A DNA stretch of 63,960 bases, the filler included, from Saprolegnia diclina VS20 (lineage: Eukaryota): NCBI RefSeq assembly GCF_000281045.1. It is 4 parts of 2 records of this genome, joined end to end, with 100 filler letters (N's around TTAATTAATTAA, not from the genome) between each part and the next. Parts side by side here need not be neighbours in the genome. Positions count along the whole stretch, not along the records: positions 32,795 to 62,769 come from NW_008246097.1; 3 more parts are not named here. One strand, given 5' to 3'. Below are positions 34,244-45,160 of the stretch, one piece after another. The translations under genes were made by a program, and so were the position numbers. Each line of letters begins with the position of its first letter. Position 1 is the first letter of the stretch. The notes beneath the pieces are model-generated. The model ran no database searches and had not been told where the DNA came from. It saw only the letters and a program-made list of their open reading frames with translations.

Positions 34244-35236
34244 TCAATCCGATAGAACGATATCCAAGCCCAGGACATCGTCGACAAAGCGCGCCGTCCA
34301 CGGGCGGAGATAGCGGTCCCATAGCTCGCACCAGGCAAACCGCGGTGGCGCTTTGTCGGCCAAGAAGCCAGCGACCTTCGTGTGCCCTAGTGTCGTCGCC
34401 AAAGCGTGTCCGGCTGCCACGTGGCCGAGCAGCAGCCCTCCGAACGACTGCCAAAAGTACTCTACAAGTGCGAGGTGCCCGCCCGCGATGGCTGCGACGA
34501 ACGCTTCGTCCACGCTCCCTTCGCTTCGGTGCTGGAGCAGGAAGGTCGCCATGTCTACGTGGCCCGCGCGGCTGGCGCCCGTGAGTGCATCGCGTGTGCA
34601 GCCTTCGCGGCGATGCCGGTGCAGGAAGCGCACGGTCGCCATGTCGTTGCGCGCCGCCGCTAAGTCAAACGCCCGCGGGTTGTAGCCCTCGGTGCGGCGA
34701 TGGTGCAGGAATGCGACGACTGCCACGTGACCGTGCATGATGGCGCCCGTCATCGCAAACGACGAGCAGCCTTCGCCGCGCCGCTCGTGGAGGAAGCGGA
34801 CGACGTCAAGGTGCCCGTTGGTCGACGCATAGTCCATCGCATGTCTGGTGCATGGCGCGCCGCGGTCGTGCAGCAGTTGTAGCATTGCTACGTGCCCCTG
34901 CTCGCAGGCTTCGTCGAGCGCACAGCTCGAGCACGACAGCCCCAAGTCGAGCAAGAACGCAACGAGCGCAACGTCGTTGCTCGCTGCGGCGTGATCTACG
35001 ACCGAGGGTGACCCCAGCGCCGGGCGAAAGCGCAAGAGGCGCGCGATGTCGACGATCGGCAACGCGTGGCGCGCCGGCGCTGGCAGCGCGGTCCGAATCG
35101 GGTACGAGTGAGCACGGTAACGCTGAACGCAGCGGAGGTGCGCGGCCATCGGTAGCAGCGGCATCGGGACGCCGTCTTGGTACGCTGTGATGGCGGCCAC
35201 GACGTCGCGGCTCAGCAGTGCGTCCAGAGCCGCCAT
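34244..35236 (-). CDS. Ankyrin-repeat protein (AMD.A..NGHL.VV.FLH..R.EGC type)
   Basis: About 7 short ankyrin-like repeats ending in GCS/GYN/GCT. Confidence 0.9.
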   Translation of the reverse strand: MAALDALLSRDVVAAITAYQDGVPMPLLPMAAHLRCVQRYRAHSYPIRTALPAPARHALPIVDIARLLRFRPALGSPSVVDHAAASNDVALVAFLLDLGLSCSSCALDEACEQGHVAMLQLLHDRGAPCTRHAMDYASTNGHLDVVRFLHERRGEGCSSFAMTGAIMHGHVAVVAFLHHRRTEGYNPRAFDLAAARNDMATVRFLHRHRREGCTRDALTGASRAGHVDMATFLLQHRSEGSVDEAFVAAIAGGHLALVEYFWQSFGGLLLGHVAAGHALATTLGHTKVAGFLADKAPPRFAWCELWDRYLRPWTARFVDDVLGLDIVLSD

Positions 35237-35378
35237 GCGATTCCAAAGTGGCTCCCATCTTGACACTGAAAAAATCGAATGCACACGCTATCATTAGCAA
35301 CCCGACAAGAATTATCACAAACCAGTCTCGAAAAGGGCGCGACACGTTAATTTCTCATTGTATCTTGAGCGGGCGCGG

Positions 35379-37800
35379 ATGGTACGCGGTCGAGTCGGCC
35401 TTGCAGCTCCATAACTACTAGAGTTGATGTATTAGAGCCGTCACCGACGCGCGGCGAGTGTCAATGCGTCCACGTCGCCCACGTCGGACATCGACGACAT
35501 CAACTGGTTTGACGATGCCGACGCCGTGTTTGACTACCTCGGGGACAATAGCCCAGCAATGGCCAAGCGAGTGTACGTCTTGCTCAATGATGTCGTTGAC
35601 AGCAGGACCCGTGGAGTAGAAGCGAGACGGTGTCCGCCAAGCCCGCCACCTTATCTCGGGTCTGCATGTTGAGCGCGCAGGCACCTCTCACGCTCCCGTA
35701 GGCGTCGAGTTTGACGTATGCCACCGAGAAGGAGCGCAAGTCCAGTGTGTATGACCACGTGCAATGCGTGGCCGTGTCCCTCGGCGAGCCACGCCATAGC
35801 ACAAGTAGCAAGGACTGCCTCGGTAAGGACGTCGCCGACAGTCCGGTCGTTGAAGAGCCCAAGGAGACCCATCTCCAAGCCAACTTTGATTTGGCGATCG
35901 CTACGATTGCGTCGTTGCAGAGCCAGCTCGGAGTAGCCGCGAGCACGAACGAGCGCTTGCGACAGGACCTCGATCGGTAGGTAGCGAGATGGGGCACAGG
36001 GATTGACGGGAACGGCGCGTAGGCTCCTCACGAGCGAGTCGACGGCCGTAAAAGCCGCTGATGCTGCCGTGCGCACCGTGGATGTGCTCCGAGAGCAGCT
36101 GCGCGTCTCGAGCCACGAGCAGCTCGCCAAAGTGACCCCGGTCGCCGACCCCATCGACCCCAAGCTTCTCGCCGAGCTCGCTGCGTACGTCGTCCGCGAA
36201 CGAGAAGCCACAGACACGCATCACGTGTGTAGTGCCAAAGAGGCACTGACAAAGGCACTGTGGGAGCGAGATGCAGCGGTCGCCAAAGACAAGGATTCGG
36301 CCGCGAGCCTCAAGCAGTTGGAAACCAGTCTGTTTCAAGCCAGCGTGGACGTGGCGGCCAAGACGACCGAGCTCGCGCACCTTCACACCGCCCGTGATGC
36401 GTTAGCGGCCGAGCTAGCCCACGCCAAGGCGGTCGGCGCCGAGAGTCAGGCCCAACTCGAGCGCGCACTGGAGCGCAGCGACGTCCTGTCGGCGACTGCC
36501 GCGTCCGTGTCGGCCGAGAACACGGAATTGCACACTCGCGTACGTGGACGTAGTAGCTGCAGTTGTGAGCATGGAACTGCGATCAGGTGGTGACGTGGCA
36601 AGCCGAGGTGGATGCCAAGGCCGCCCAGATTCAGTCGTGGCAGCGCCTCGTGCCCCGATTGCATACGGTGGCGACACGACGTCAACACGTAGTCGTCAAC
36701 GATCGTAGGAGCTGACCGAGGTCCGAAACGAGTGGCTCCAGTCCAAGCGCGTCATCAAACAAGAAATCAAGAAGACGCAGTCGTCGCTCCTCAAGTGGAG
36801 TCAGGACGGGACTGACGTCGCGATCCAGCACAACGAGCGCGTACATTGCGGATTCCACGATTTCGCAGCAAACACGCGCTGTAGGAGGTCGCGCTCGAGG
36901 CCAAGCACGCCAAGATTGCACAGTGGCAGTACCAGGTCAAGGTCGAGAAGCTTCGGTGTGCGAGCATCGAGCAGCAGCTCGGGAAGGCCAATGCAACCTA
37001 CGATCGCGACTCGGCTCGGTGGCGCGACGAGTACGACCGCCTTCGTGACCACGTCAACGTGCTCCTCGAAGGTCGGTCACTTGCTTTGCGTTGCCACTAT
37101 AAATTATAAACATGTCGCGTAGTCAAAGCCAGCTTGGCAGCGGAAGTCCGCACGTCGCTCGAGCGGATCCAGACCCTCGAGGCGACGCTGGCGCACCAGC
37201 GCTTGGCCTTCTCGCGCTTGAAGAAGAAGCAGTCCTCGCTGCAGCAACACGTAGAGGTAAGGTTGCACTTGGTCGTCTCGGTATTACGTCGACTTGTTCT
37301 CTGCACTAGATCCTACAGCACACCCACGCCCGGGAGCTGGAGCGTGTGTTGCTCCACAAGGCACTCGAGACGGTGTGCGCGTCTGATTTGCGGAGGCTGA
37401 TCTGATGCTGCGTTAGGCGCCTGGCGCGGAGAACCAGGGCGAGTTGCCCCCAGGTACACACGACGTACGAAGATGCAACCACTCACCGTACGAAAATGGT
37501 AGAGTGGCTCGACTTTGTGCGCCTTGTGCAGGTCCACCGAGAGACGACACGCTTGGCATAAAACCGGAGGCTGTTCGATACACTGTATGCTGATTGGACG
37601 TCTGTCCACACGTCGTTGGGTGACGCGCCCCCGTTGGACTTGCGCTTTGCGCAGCTCGAAATCCAATACGAAAGGTGCACCCAGTCCGTGTGACGCGATC
37701 GTTGGCGGCTGCAGGACAAAGAAGCGGCCACAACAGACCGTGTGCACGTTGGCCGAGTCCAACGGCTGTCGTTGAAGTTGGCGCTCAAGCTAGAGTGAGC
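35379..37800 (+). CDS. Multi-exon coiled-coil hypothetical protein (ATG-only first exon; 3' end approximate)
   Basis: ATG|GTACGC intron 35382-35435 opens SRHRRAASVN...DIDDINWFDD. Heptad-rich exons at 35711-35980, 36021-36540 and 37121-37256 are separated by ~45-50 nt GT-AG introns. Confidence 0.65.
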
Positions 37801-38694
37801 TGGACGAGGAGTGTATGACACTCGGAGCAATCGTCCCAGTTTATGAAAGCGACTGCGCCACGAAAAGGAGGAATTCAGCGCCGGGTTGAGGTCGCCAATC
37901 TGGCGCGCCGCGAGAAGAAGCCGACGCTGCGAACCCGAGAGACCACTCTTTCGATTCGCAGTGCAATGCAGTAGCCAAACGAGAAGCCAGCCCACATCCC
38001 GTGGCCGCCGCAAGCAGTGCTAAAGAACCCTCCTGGGTGTCGGCGTCGAATCAGATGGCGCCAATCTCAGCCTTCGAAAGCCATGGACCAGGACCCTCGA
38101 CCGGGTGAGGCGTGAAAACGCATGCGCCTCCGTTGAGCGGCCAACGTGCACGGGTCGCACCGCCAAGGACCAAAATACCATTGCGAGAAGCTTGGTGCGA
38201 CGGAAGGCTTCGGCGAGGCACCAGTGGTGCTGACAGCGCAACCGTTCACGTGCCTTCCACCCTTCCACCCCACGACCTCTCCAGTCGCACTGCAGAGATT
38301 TGGCTTCCACCAAATTGGGTTGTGGTCTGGGTTGTAGTCTGGGTTGTTCGCGCAGATTCTCACTCCCACGGCCTTTCCAGCACGCCGCGGTGACCAGATG
38401 GTGGCGAAATGCATACTAGCACCGCTTTTCACCGCCGAGCTCGCTAAATGGCTGGCCTGTCACCGCGCATTTTGGTCGGCCCCCCACCCGGGATGGCGCG
38501 CACCGGGGCGTCCCCATAAAATTTTATTCGGTGCCGTCCCGATCGCCGATAGAATTATCAAGATCAAATAGGATCCACGCATTAAAATACCCTTCAGAAA
38601 CAGCCCCCCCTCGCAGCTGTGCTTGAACTTGCTGAAACAGAAGCCGCGACGACCAGCTTATTTCTAATTTTGTGCCAAGCGACGCAGACAAGTC

Positions 38695-39468
38695 ATGACC
38701 GCGTCCGTGCTCGCGTCCATGAAGACGTCCATCTCGCACGTCTCCAAGCCCGCTGGCGCCGGCGCCCACACCCACACGCAGTACGTCGTCCGCGTCGCCG
38801 ACACGCGCACCGAGACGACCGCATGGCTGCTCTACAAGCGCTACTCAGAGTTCCGGGCGCTGCGCGAAGCCTACCTCCATGCGACGCTGTGCGCGTCGTG
38901 CGCGTCGCTCACGCAGGAGAACTACATTACGACCCGGTTTCCGCGCCGCCACCTCTTTGCATCGAGCTCGGAGCGCGTGCTCGCCGAGCGCAAGGTCGGC
39001 CTCGGCCTCTTCCTCGACATTGTGACGGTCGCCGTGCGCCGGTGCGCCGACCCGGCGTGCGCCAGCCGCAGCCTCCTCGAAGACTTTATCGTGCTGCCCG
39101 AGATGCGCTACACATTTATCGACATGCAGCTCGACGAGACCGCGACCGAGAAGGCCATGGCGGCCGCACCGTCGCCAGCCAAGCAAATGTCCATGCCCGA
39201 GCCCGAGACGTACCACCGCCACTCGCTGCCCAACATGGAAACCAAGTCGCTCCTCGAGTTCAACCGCAAGGACCGCACGGCGCGCAACTCGTTCCCGGGC
39301 AAATCGTCGACTGCTGTCAAGCGCCAAGCCCACCGGTCATCGAGCGAGCGCATCAAGCGGCTAAAGCAGGAACTTGCCGTGCTCGCCATGTACCGACCAC
39401 CGACCGCGCCGCGGAAGATGAAGCCATCCCTCGCCACGATCGAAGAAGTCGATGGCGACCTCCCCTAA
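38695..39468 (+). CDS. PX-domain protein 1 of a tandem family
   Basis: YVVRV, KRYSEFRALR, FPRRHLF, ERKVGLGLFL; CASC and CADPAC; C-terminal LATIEE. Confidence 0.9.
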   Translation: MTASVLASMKTSISHVSKPAGAGAHTHTQYVVRVADTRTETTAWLLYKRYSEFRALREAYLHATLCASCASLTQENYITTRFPRRHLFASSSERVLAERKVGLGLFLDIVTVAVRRCADPACASRSLLEDFIVLPEMRYTFIDMQLDETATEKAMAAAPSPAKQMSMPEPETYHRHSLPNMETKSLLEFNRKDRTARNSFPGKSSTAVKRQAHRSSSERIKRLKQELAVLAMYRPPTAPRKMKPSLATIEEVDGDLP

Positions 39469-39566
39469 TTTCCTAACTTAAAATACGATAGTAGTCTTGT
39501 GCCATAGCAATTTTGACATTCTTCCCACTGTACCCTGGCCCATCGTAAAACGCGTTGCCTCGCAGT

Positions 39567-39627
39567 AGGTAAACGCTGGGAAACGAGGTAAACGCTGGGG
39601 AAACGAGGTAAACGCTGCGGTAAACGC
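39567..39627. repeat. 19-20 bp minisatellite AGGTAAACGCTGGG(G)AAACG, about 3 units
   Basis: Units start at 39567, 39586 and 39606, with a partial GGTAAACGC at 39619. Confidence 0.85.
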
Positions 39628-40234
39628 ACTTGGGTCCACGGCCCACTGTACCAGCTCGCGTGGCGGACCGAGCTTCAACATGTGAGGTCAGTCCCAATGT
39701 CCACCATGAGTCCTCGGTAGACACCCTATAAATACATATATTGCGTCAACAAGTCATAAAATATATTTGTAGAGGTAATTACACACCAACCCTTCGCGAG
39801 ACCTCCCAGAGCCCCAGTTTGAGATTGCAAGCACGCGTCCATCGAGATACCGGTTGGTGGTGGTCGCCGATTCTTGCTCCGACAGCGACAAGTCGCTACC
39901 AATTCTCGTCTAGGTAGCAAGGTAGAACTTATGGTCTTATGGTCTTATAAGCTAGTATTTTATGGGCGTGTTGGAACTACCATAAGAAAGGAACTAAGCA
40001 CACTTCAAAATTCTTTCGCTTCAAACGCCCGTAGCTTCGTCATGGCAATCTTGTCCTGTCGGGTGGCTTTGATTCAAGTTGAGGTGCTTTGCCGGCTCTG
40101 GCGCCAGAAGACCGGCCTGTCATTCCGGCCTCCAGGTATTAACACCAGGGCACATCTTGGCACTGACCCTATTTGAGTTTGAACCGGCGGATCAAACTAT
40201 CATTTGCAATTTGCAGCTTGGCGTGTCGACCGAG

Positions 40235-40918
40235 ATGGTGGTGCCCCATACGCTCAAGACGTCTATTTCGCACGTGACGCGCGTTGCCGAGAAGGGCTAC
40301 GCCGAGTACATTGTGCAAGCGATCGACCGCCGCGGCGCGTGGGTGCTCTGCCGCCGCTACTCGCAGTTTCGGGAGCTCCGGAACGCGCTCAGGAGCATCC
40401 CGCTCTGCCCTTCGTGCACATCGCTCGTCGCCAACAACTACATCACCAAGCGGTTTCCGCGCAGGCGGCTCTTTTCAACAAATTCCGAGCGGACAATCGA
40501 AGAACGGCGCGTGCTGCTCGCTCTCTTCCTCGACGTCGTCACGCTGGGCGTTCGGGTCTGCGGTGACGCTTCCTGCATGACGCGCGATCTCGTGCACAAC
40601 TTTTTAGTCATGCCCCATGAAGAGCCGGGCCCGCGTCTTCTCGGCCTTGCGAGTGATCCGTGGAGCGTCCCGCTTCTCACCGAGACGCCCGAGCTCTGCA
40701 GCAGCGACACTTCGCCAGTGCTTGGCTACACGAAAAAAGACCGACCGCGCACCAAGCTGGTCGCGGGACCAGTGGGAAAGGCCAACGTGTCGATGCGCGC
40801 CCGCATTGCGCGCTTACGGCAGCGGTCCGCGACCAAGCCGGCCCGCTCACGCAGCAAGATGGAGACCACCTTGGCGACGATTCAGGAAGGCTGTCCCGAC
40901 ACTTCACTGAGCTTCTAG
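40235..40918 (+). CDS. PX-domain protein 2
   Basis: RRYSQFRELR, FPRRRLF, EERRVLLALFL; CPSC and CGDASC; C-terminal LATIQE. Confidence 0.9.
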   Translation: MVVPHTLKTSISHVTRVAEKGYAEYIVQAIDRRGAWVLCRRYSQFRELRNALRSIPLCPSCTSLVANNYITKRFPRRRLFSTNSERTIEERRVLLALFLDVVTLGVRVCGDASCMTRDLVHNFLVMPHEEPGPRLLGLASDPWSVPLLTETPELCSSDTSPVLGYTKKDRPRTKLVAGPVGKANVSMRARIARLRQRSATKPARSRSKMETTLATIQEGCPDTSLSF

Positions 40919-41288
40919 TTGTGTCACCATGTCGTATTTATTGTATGTTGTGGACGCTGGCGTTCGGAACTCGTCCCTCTGCGCTTGGTGTAGCATGAAT
41001 GATCCTCGCACTTGGGTACTCCGGCGACAAAATCACCACTTTCCTCCGAGCAGCACAGCTGGATTCAACCTTTGTGTAGCTAGCGAGGCTGTAGCTCCAA
41101 GCTACCAAAAAGCTTATTTGTCAAAGGGCCTTGTGCCACAACACGTCAGCGAATCCAACTGTACGCAGAGCACCGTGGTAGCCGACGCACTGGCGCGATG
41201 GAGCCGGACAGCGCCGATCAACGCGTTACATGTTACCAAAACGGGGATGCGCCGCTGCTTGGTCTCGACTTGACGGTGGCACTTGCCG

Positions 41289-42059
41289 ATGTCCCGAGTA
41301 ACGTGCGCACACTCGACCGACCATCGGCTCTTGCGCGCCGTTATCAATGACGTGTGCAAGTCGACGTCCAAAGGCCTCGGCACCTTTGCCGAGTACGTCG
41401 TGCACGTCCTCGATGTGCGGGCGACACCGGCGTCATGGACACTCCACAAGCGCTACTCGGAGTTTCGCACGCTCCGAGACGCGCTTCTTCGCGCACCGCT
41501 CTGCTCGCCGTGCCTGCTTTGTTTTCAGCAGCCCGAAATCACGCTGCGGTTCCCGCGCCGCCGCATCTTCACGTCGGGGACGGCGCGCGCCCTCCTCGAA
41601 CGGCGAGAGCAGCTCGCGGTCTTTCTGAGCATGGTCACCCACGTTTCCCAGCGCTGCGCCGACAGCAACTGCACGACGCGCCCGCTCGTGGAAGGGTTTT
41701 TGATGGTGCCGCCGAGTAAAACGACGGCGCCAAGTATGCCGGACGATGAACCGCTCGACGAGCCGATCCCGATGCTCGAAGATCACCGCGCGCCCAAGCC
41801 AAAACCGCCGCCGATCATTCTAGTCGCGCCACGACGACTACCCAAGAAGGCGGCGCCGGCGCTAACAATCAACTTTCAGTCGTACCGGTCGGCTGTGGCC
41901 AAGATGGACCGCACCAAGCCGAGCAAGCTCGCGGTCTCGCCACTGCAACAACGGCGGCCACGCCAACCGTCCAAGCTGCCGACGATCGAAGAAGGCTCCC
42001 CGTTTCTATCCAGTACAATAAACGAAGACGAATATTGGTCATTCTACGCTACGAGCTGA
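41289..42059 (+). CDS. PX-domain protein 3
   Basis: KRYSEFRTLR, FPRRRIF, ERREQLAVFL; CSPC and CADSNC; C-terminal LPTIEE. Confidence 0.9.
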   Translation: MSRVTCAHSTDHRLLRAVINDVCKSTSKGLGTFAEYVVHVLDVRATPASWTLHKRYSEFRTLRDALLRAPLCSPCLLCFQQPEITLRFPRRRIFTSGTARALLERREQLAVFLSMVTHVSQRCADSNCTTRPLVEGFLMVPPSKTTAPSMPDDEPLDEPIPMLEDHRAPKPKPPPIILVAPRRLPKKAAPALTINFQSYRSAVAKMDRTKPSKLAVSPLQQRRPRQPSKLPTIEEGSPFLSSTINEDEYWSFYATS

Positions 42060-43132
42060 TGTTTTATATTGGGGCTGCATCCAAGATTGCATTGGGGGCG
42101 TTTGATTGGCTGAATTTGAGAGCGATTTTTCGAATCGGACTCGAAATTTGATTTTAGTACATTTTTGGCGCCAGTCGCAGGAGCCCAGTCGGTAGCTCTG
42201 GAAAACTCACAACAACAATCTCGTGTTGAATCGCGCCTGGTATATTCAAGTCTAGTGGCCTACCGCAGCGCACTCGCACCATGGACGTCGGAGCTTAGTT
42301 TGGCGGCAGTCCTACCGGTACATCCGCAATCGGCAGTACTTGATGGGTCCGTCCGGGCCCTTTCAGCTAACCAATCGCAGCGTAGCAAAGATGGCGACGA
42401 CTGATCAGATGCAATCTTGTGCCCAGCGACGATGCGCTAGACTCCACTGACGCTAACCACGGCGAGATGCCTCGTCGAACGAGCCGGCCAAGGCGGAGCT
42501 TTCGAAAATGAGTCTACGATGGTAGGATAATGGTCGCGCCACTGACCACGGGCGATGAGGACACCTTCGAACCCAACTTGTGATCCCATTTATATGGCCT
42601 CAAACTTCATGAAGGATTCGCAACCCTCGTTGCGAGACTGGCCACAAGTACATTGCGCAAAGCGGCTCATAGATAAGGTCCTCCCTTGGAGCTTGTCGAG
42701 GTATTATTGTTGCCGCTCTTTGCGCTGTCCTGCGGCTCGTGAGCCGTACGAATGAATATTTTGATGGAGTTTCCACGAAATTTTGTGGTGAATTGCGGTG
42801 TTGTGGAGGCGATGGTCTCAAGTCAAGCACCATCTCTGGTACAAAGTGAAAACTCGACGTGGGTGCAAGTTCAGAAACCCGCGTCGCACCGGACCTGCCC
42901 CATCAGTGCCGTGCGTGAAATCCCGTCCCGTTTGATTGGCTATATCTGATGGCATCTCAGTTAATCATATCCGAATTCGGTCCTTCGAGTTGCTAGCGCA
43001 TTACGGTACCACTGGCTCCATGCTGGCGCGAGATTATCGGCGCTGGCGACCGGAGTGCGATCGGGTCTCTGAAGGGGCTGCAACGCCATGCGCACTCGAG
43101 TAATTGCCAAGCGTCCGCACAACCATCGATCA

Positions 43133-43729
43133 ATGCTGCAGCCCTCGGTCTACGAGATGAAGACGTCTATTTCGCATGTGGCGACGGCGCCCGAGCACCA
43201 CGCCCAGTACGTCGTGCGCGTCGCCGATCCACGCACCGAGACCACTGCGTGGTTCCTCTACAAGCGCTACTCGGAGTTCCGCGGCCTCCGCGACGCGCTC
43301 TCGCAGTTGCACTTGTGTCCGCACTGCGATCGCGCGACGCAAGCCATCACCAAGCAGTTCCCGCGCCGCCACCTTTTTTCATCCACGTCCGAGCGCGTGC
43401 TCGAAGATCGCAAGGTGCGCCTGCACCACTTTCTCGAGGCCTTGGCCGTGGCCGCCGGGCGGTGCGTTGACGCCGCATGTGTCCTCCGCGGGCAGTGGCA
43501 AAGCTTCCTCGACGTACCCGACCTCAAGCAGCACAAAGGCGCGCGCATCTCTGCGGCCGCCGTCGCCCCGACATCGCTGCTCGAGTTTAGCAGTCGGAAG
43601 GACCGCCATGGCCGCCTCGTGCTCTATCGCGCGAGTGAGGCGAAGCGGCTCTCGGGCGAGCGCCCCGTGTCGCCTGTGCCGTCCAGCGCCAGCGACGTGT
43701 GCATCGTGCGACCGCGAATGCTCGTTTAG
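43133..43729 (+). CDS. PX-domain protein 4 (closest to PX1, shorter tail)
   Basis: KRYSEFRGLR, FPRRHLF, EDRKVRLHHFL; CPHC and CVDAAC; shares RTETTAW and SLLEF..RKDR with PX1. Confidence 0.88.
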   Translation: MLQPSVYEMKTSISHVATAPEHHAQYVVRVADPRTETTAWFLYKRYSEFRGLRDALSQLHLCPHCDRATQAITKQFPRRHLFSSTSERVLEDRKVRLHHFLEALAVAAGRCVDAACVLRGQWQSFLDVPDLKQHKGARISAAAVAPTSLLEFSSRKDRHGRLVLYRASEAKRLSGERPVSPVPSSASDVCIVRPRMLV

Positions 43730-45160
43730 AGCGCGCAACGTCGCCAACTAGAAGTAGTCGACGACGGTCGACGGGCGCTGGCCGGTGGAAGTCAGCGTCG
43801 CGGACCGTCCTATAAGTTAAGACATTGTGTCAAGCGATAAGCAATCCATCGTAGTTGCGTGCATATGCCATCAGTTTACATCACGTCGCACATGCAAGTT
43901 GCATATAAAATGGCCATTGGGTTATTGGAGTCGGAGGGTTAGAATCCTGCGGCAGTCGGGGCTCGACGTGGAATACTGGACACAGGTGGTTAGTCGGAGC
44001 TGTCGGGTGGTCCGAGTACAGGAGCCTACGTGCGACCTCGCGCGAGCTATGACTCGGCGAGTGGGGTTCACCACGGGATGGATCTCTCCGTACGCAGCTC
44101 ACTCCCAACGACCCAATGCTGGTGCCAACCCCCACGCATTCAGGCCTAGCGCTGCGTATGCGAAGTCTTTGTGTCATAATGAAGATAACGCGGACCACGT
44201 TCATATATATATGGCTGTTGCCCCGCAGCTAGCCACTAGGGTTAGGCTTGGCTCCTCTTCTCGACCCGATCCGTATTAATGAGACCGCCTTCCGGTTCAT
44301 CGCTCGGGCTTCGGGCCACACGTTCTCACGCAATCCACCAGTTAAGTGGTTAATAGAGACCGGAAGCTCTAACTTCCATTCATTGCTTGTCCCACTCACT
44401 TGTGATCTCGCCACTCGGTTGACGTAGTATTTGACTACTGTACATTTACGGTAGCAATGGATGGATTCACTGTCATTTCCGGTGGGTGCATTAGATACGT
44501 GCGAGGCAGTCGGTGGCGAATTATGGTTCCCTAAAAAAATGAGGCATCAGTGCTCAAGTATACCCCTCGTCACCTCGTTAGTTTTGCAATTGAGCATCCC
44601 TACTCATCATTCAGACAACTCATCGCGACTTCAACGACCGTGACATTGAGCTGCAAGCTTATCCGCACTCAGTAGTAAGCCTCACGTTTCTTGCTCATAC
44701 AGCCATCGGGACGGCCACTCTTGATGCAACTCTACTTTTTCGACCCCGACGATAGAACGCAAGGGGGAGAAGAGTGAGCTTTGGGCAGAGAGTCCACAAC
44801 AAAGCTGACGAGTCAAGATGATTGAGGTTTGAAACGGAGCGTGCAGCTAGAACACGATTAGCTTGGAAATGAGCTTGGCGTCTGCGCCGTGGACGGTTGC
44901 TTCTTGGCCATCGCGGCCCGAGCAATCCTGCTGAAGATGGCGCACTAGCTTGACCGCGGTCCAAGAACCTAGCTTCACGCGTGCCGCGACATTCAACTCT
45001 GATAATCGCTCGGTTCGAGGCGTAGGCGGTGAGTGGTACATTCGTCGACAGGGCTCCGACGACCGCACTACAGCCAACGCGCATAATCAGACATTTCATT
45101 TGGCAACTTTTTTTTGCTACACTCGAAAACAAAGTAGGCACTATTCAATTTGCCTTGATC

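Noticed and set aside
38315..38348. 12-bp TGGGTTGT(G/A)GTC repeat x3 as a telomere-like tract
   Set aside because: It does not match the oomycete TTTAGGG telomere repeat and is too short; treated as a simple repeat.
43830..44300. GC-rich stretch as a possible structured ncRNA (SRP/snRNA)
   Set aside because: No diagnostic motifs found by eye; an Infernal/Rfam scan would be needed.
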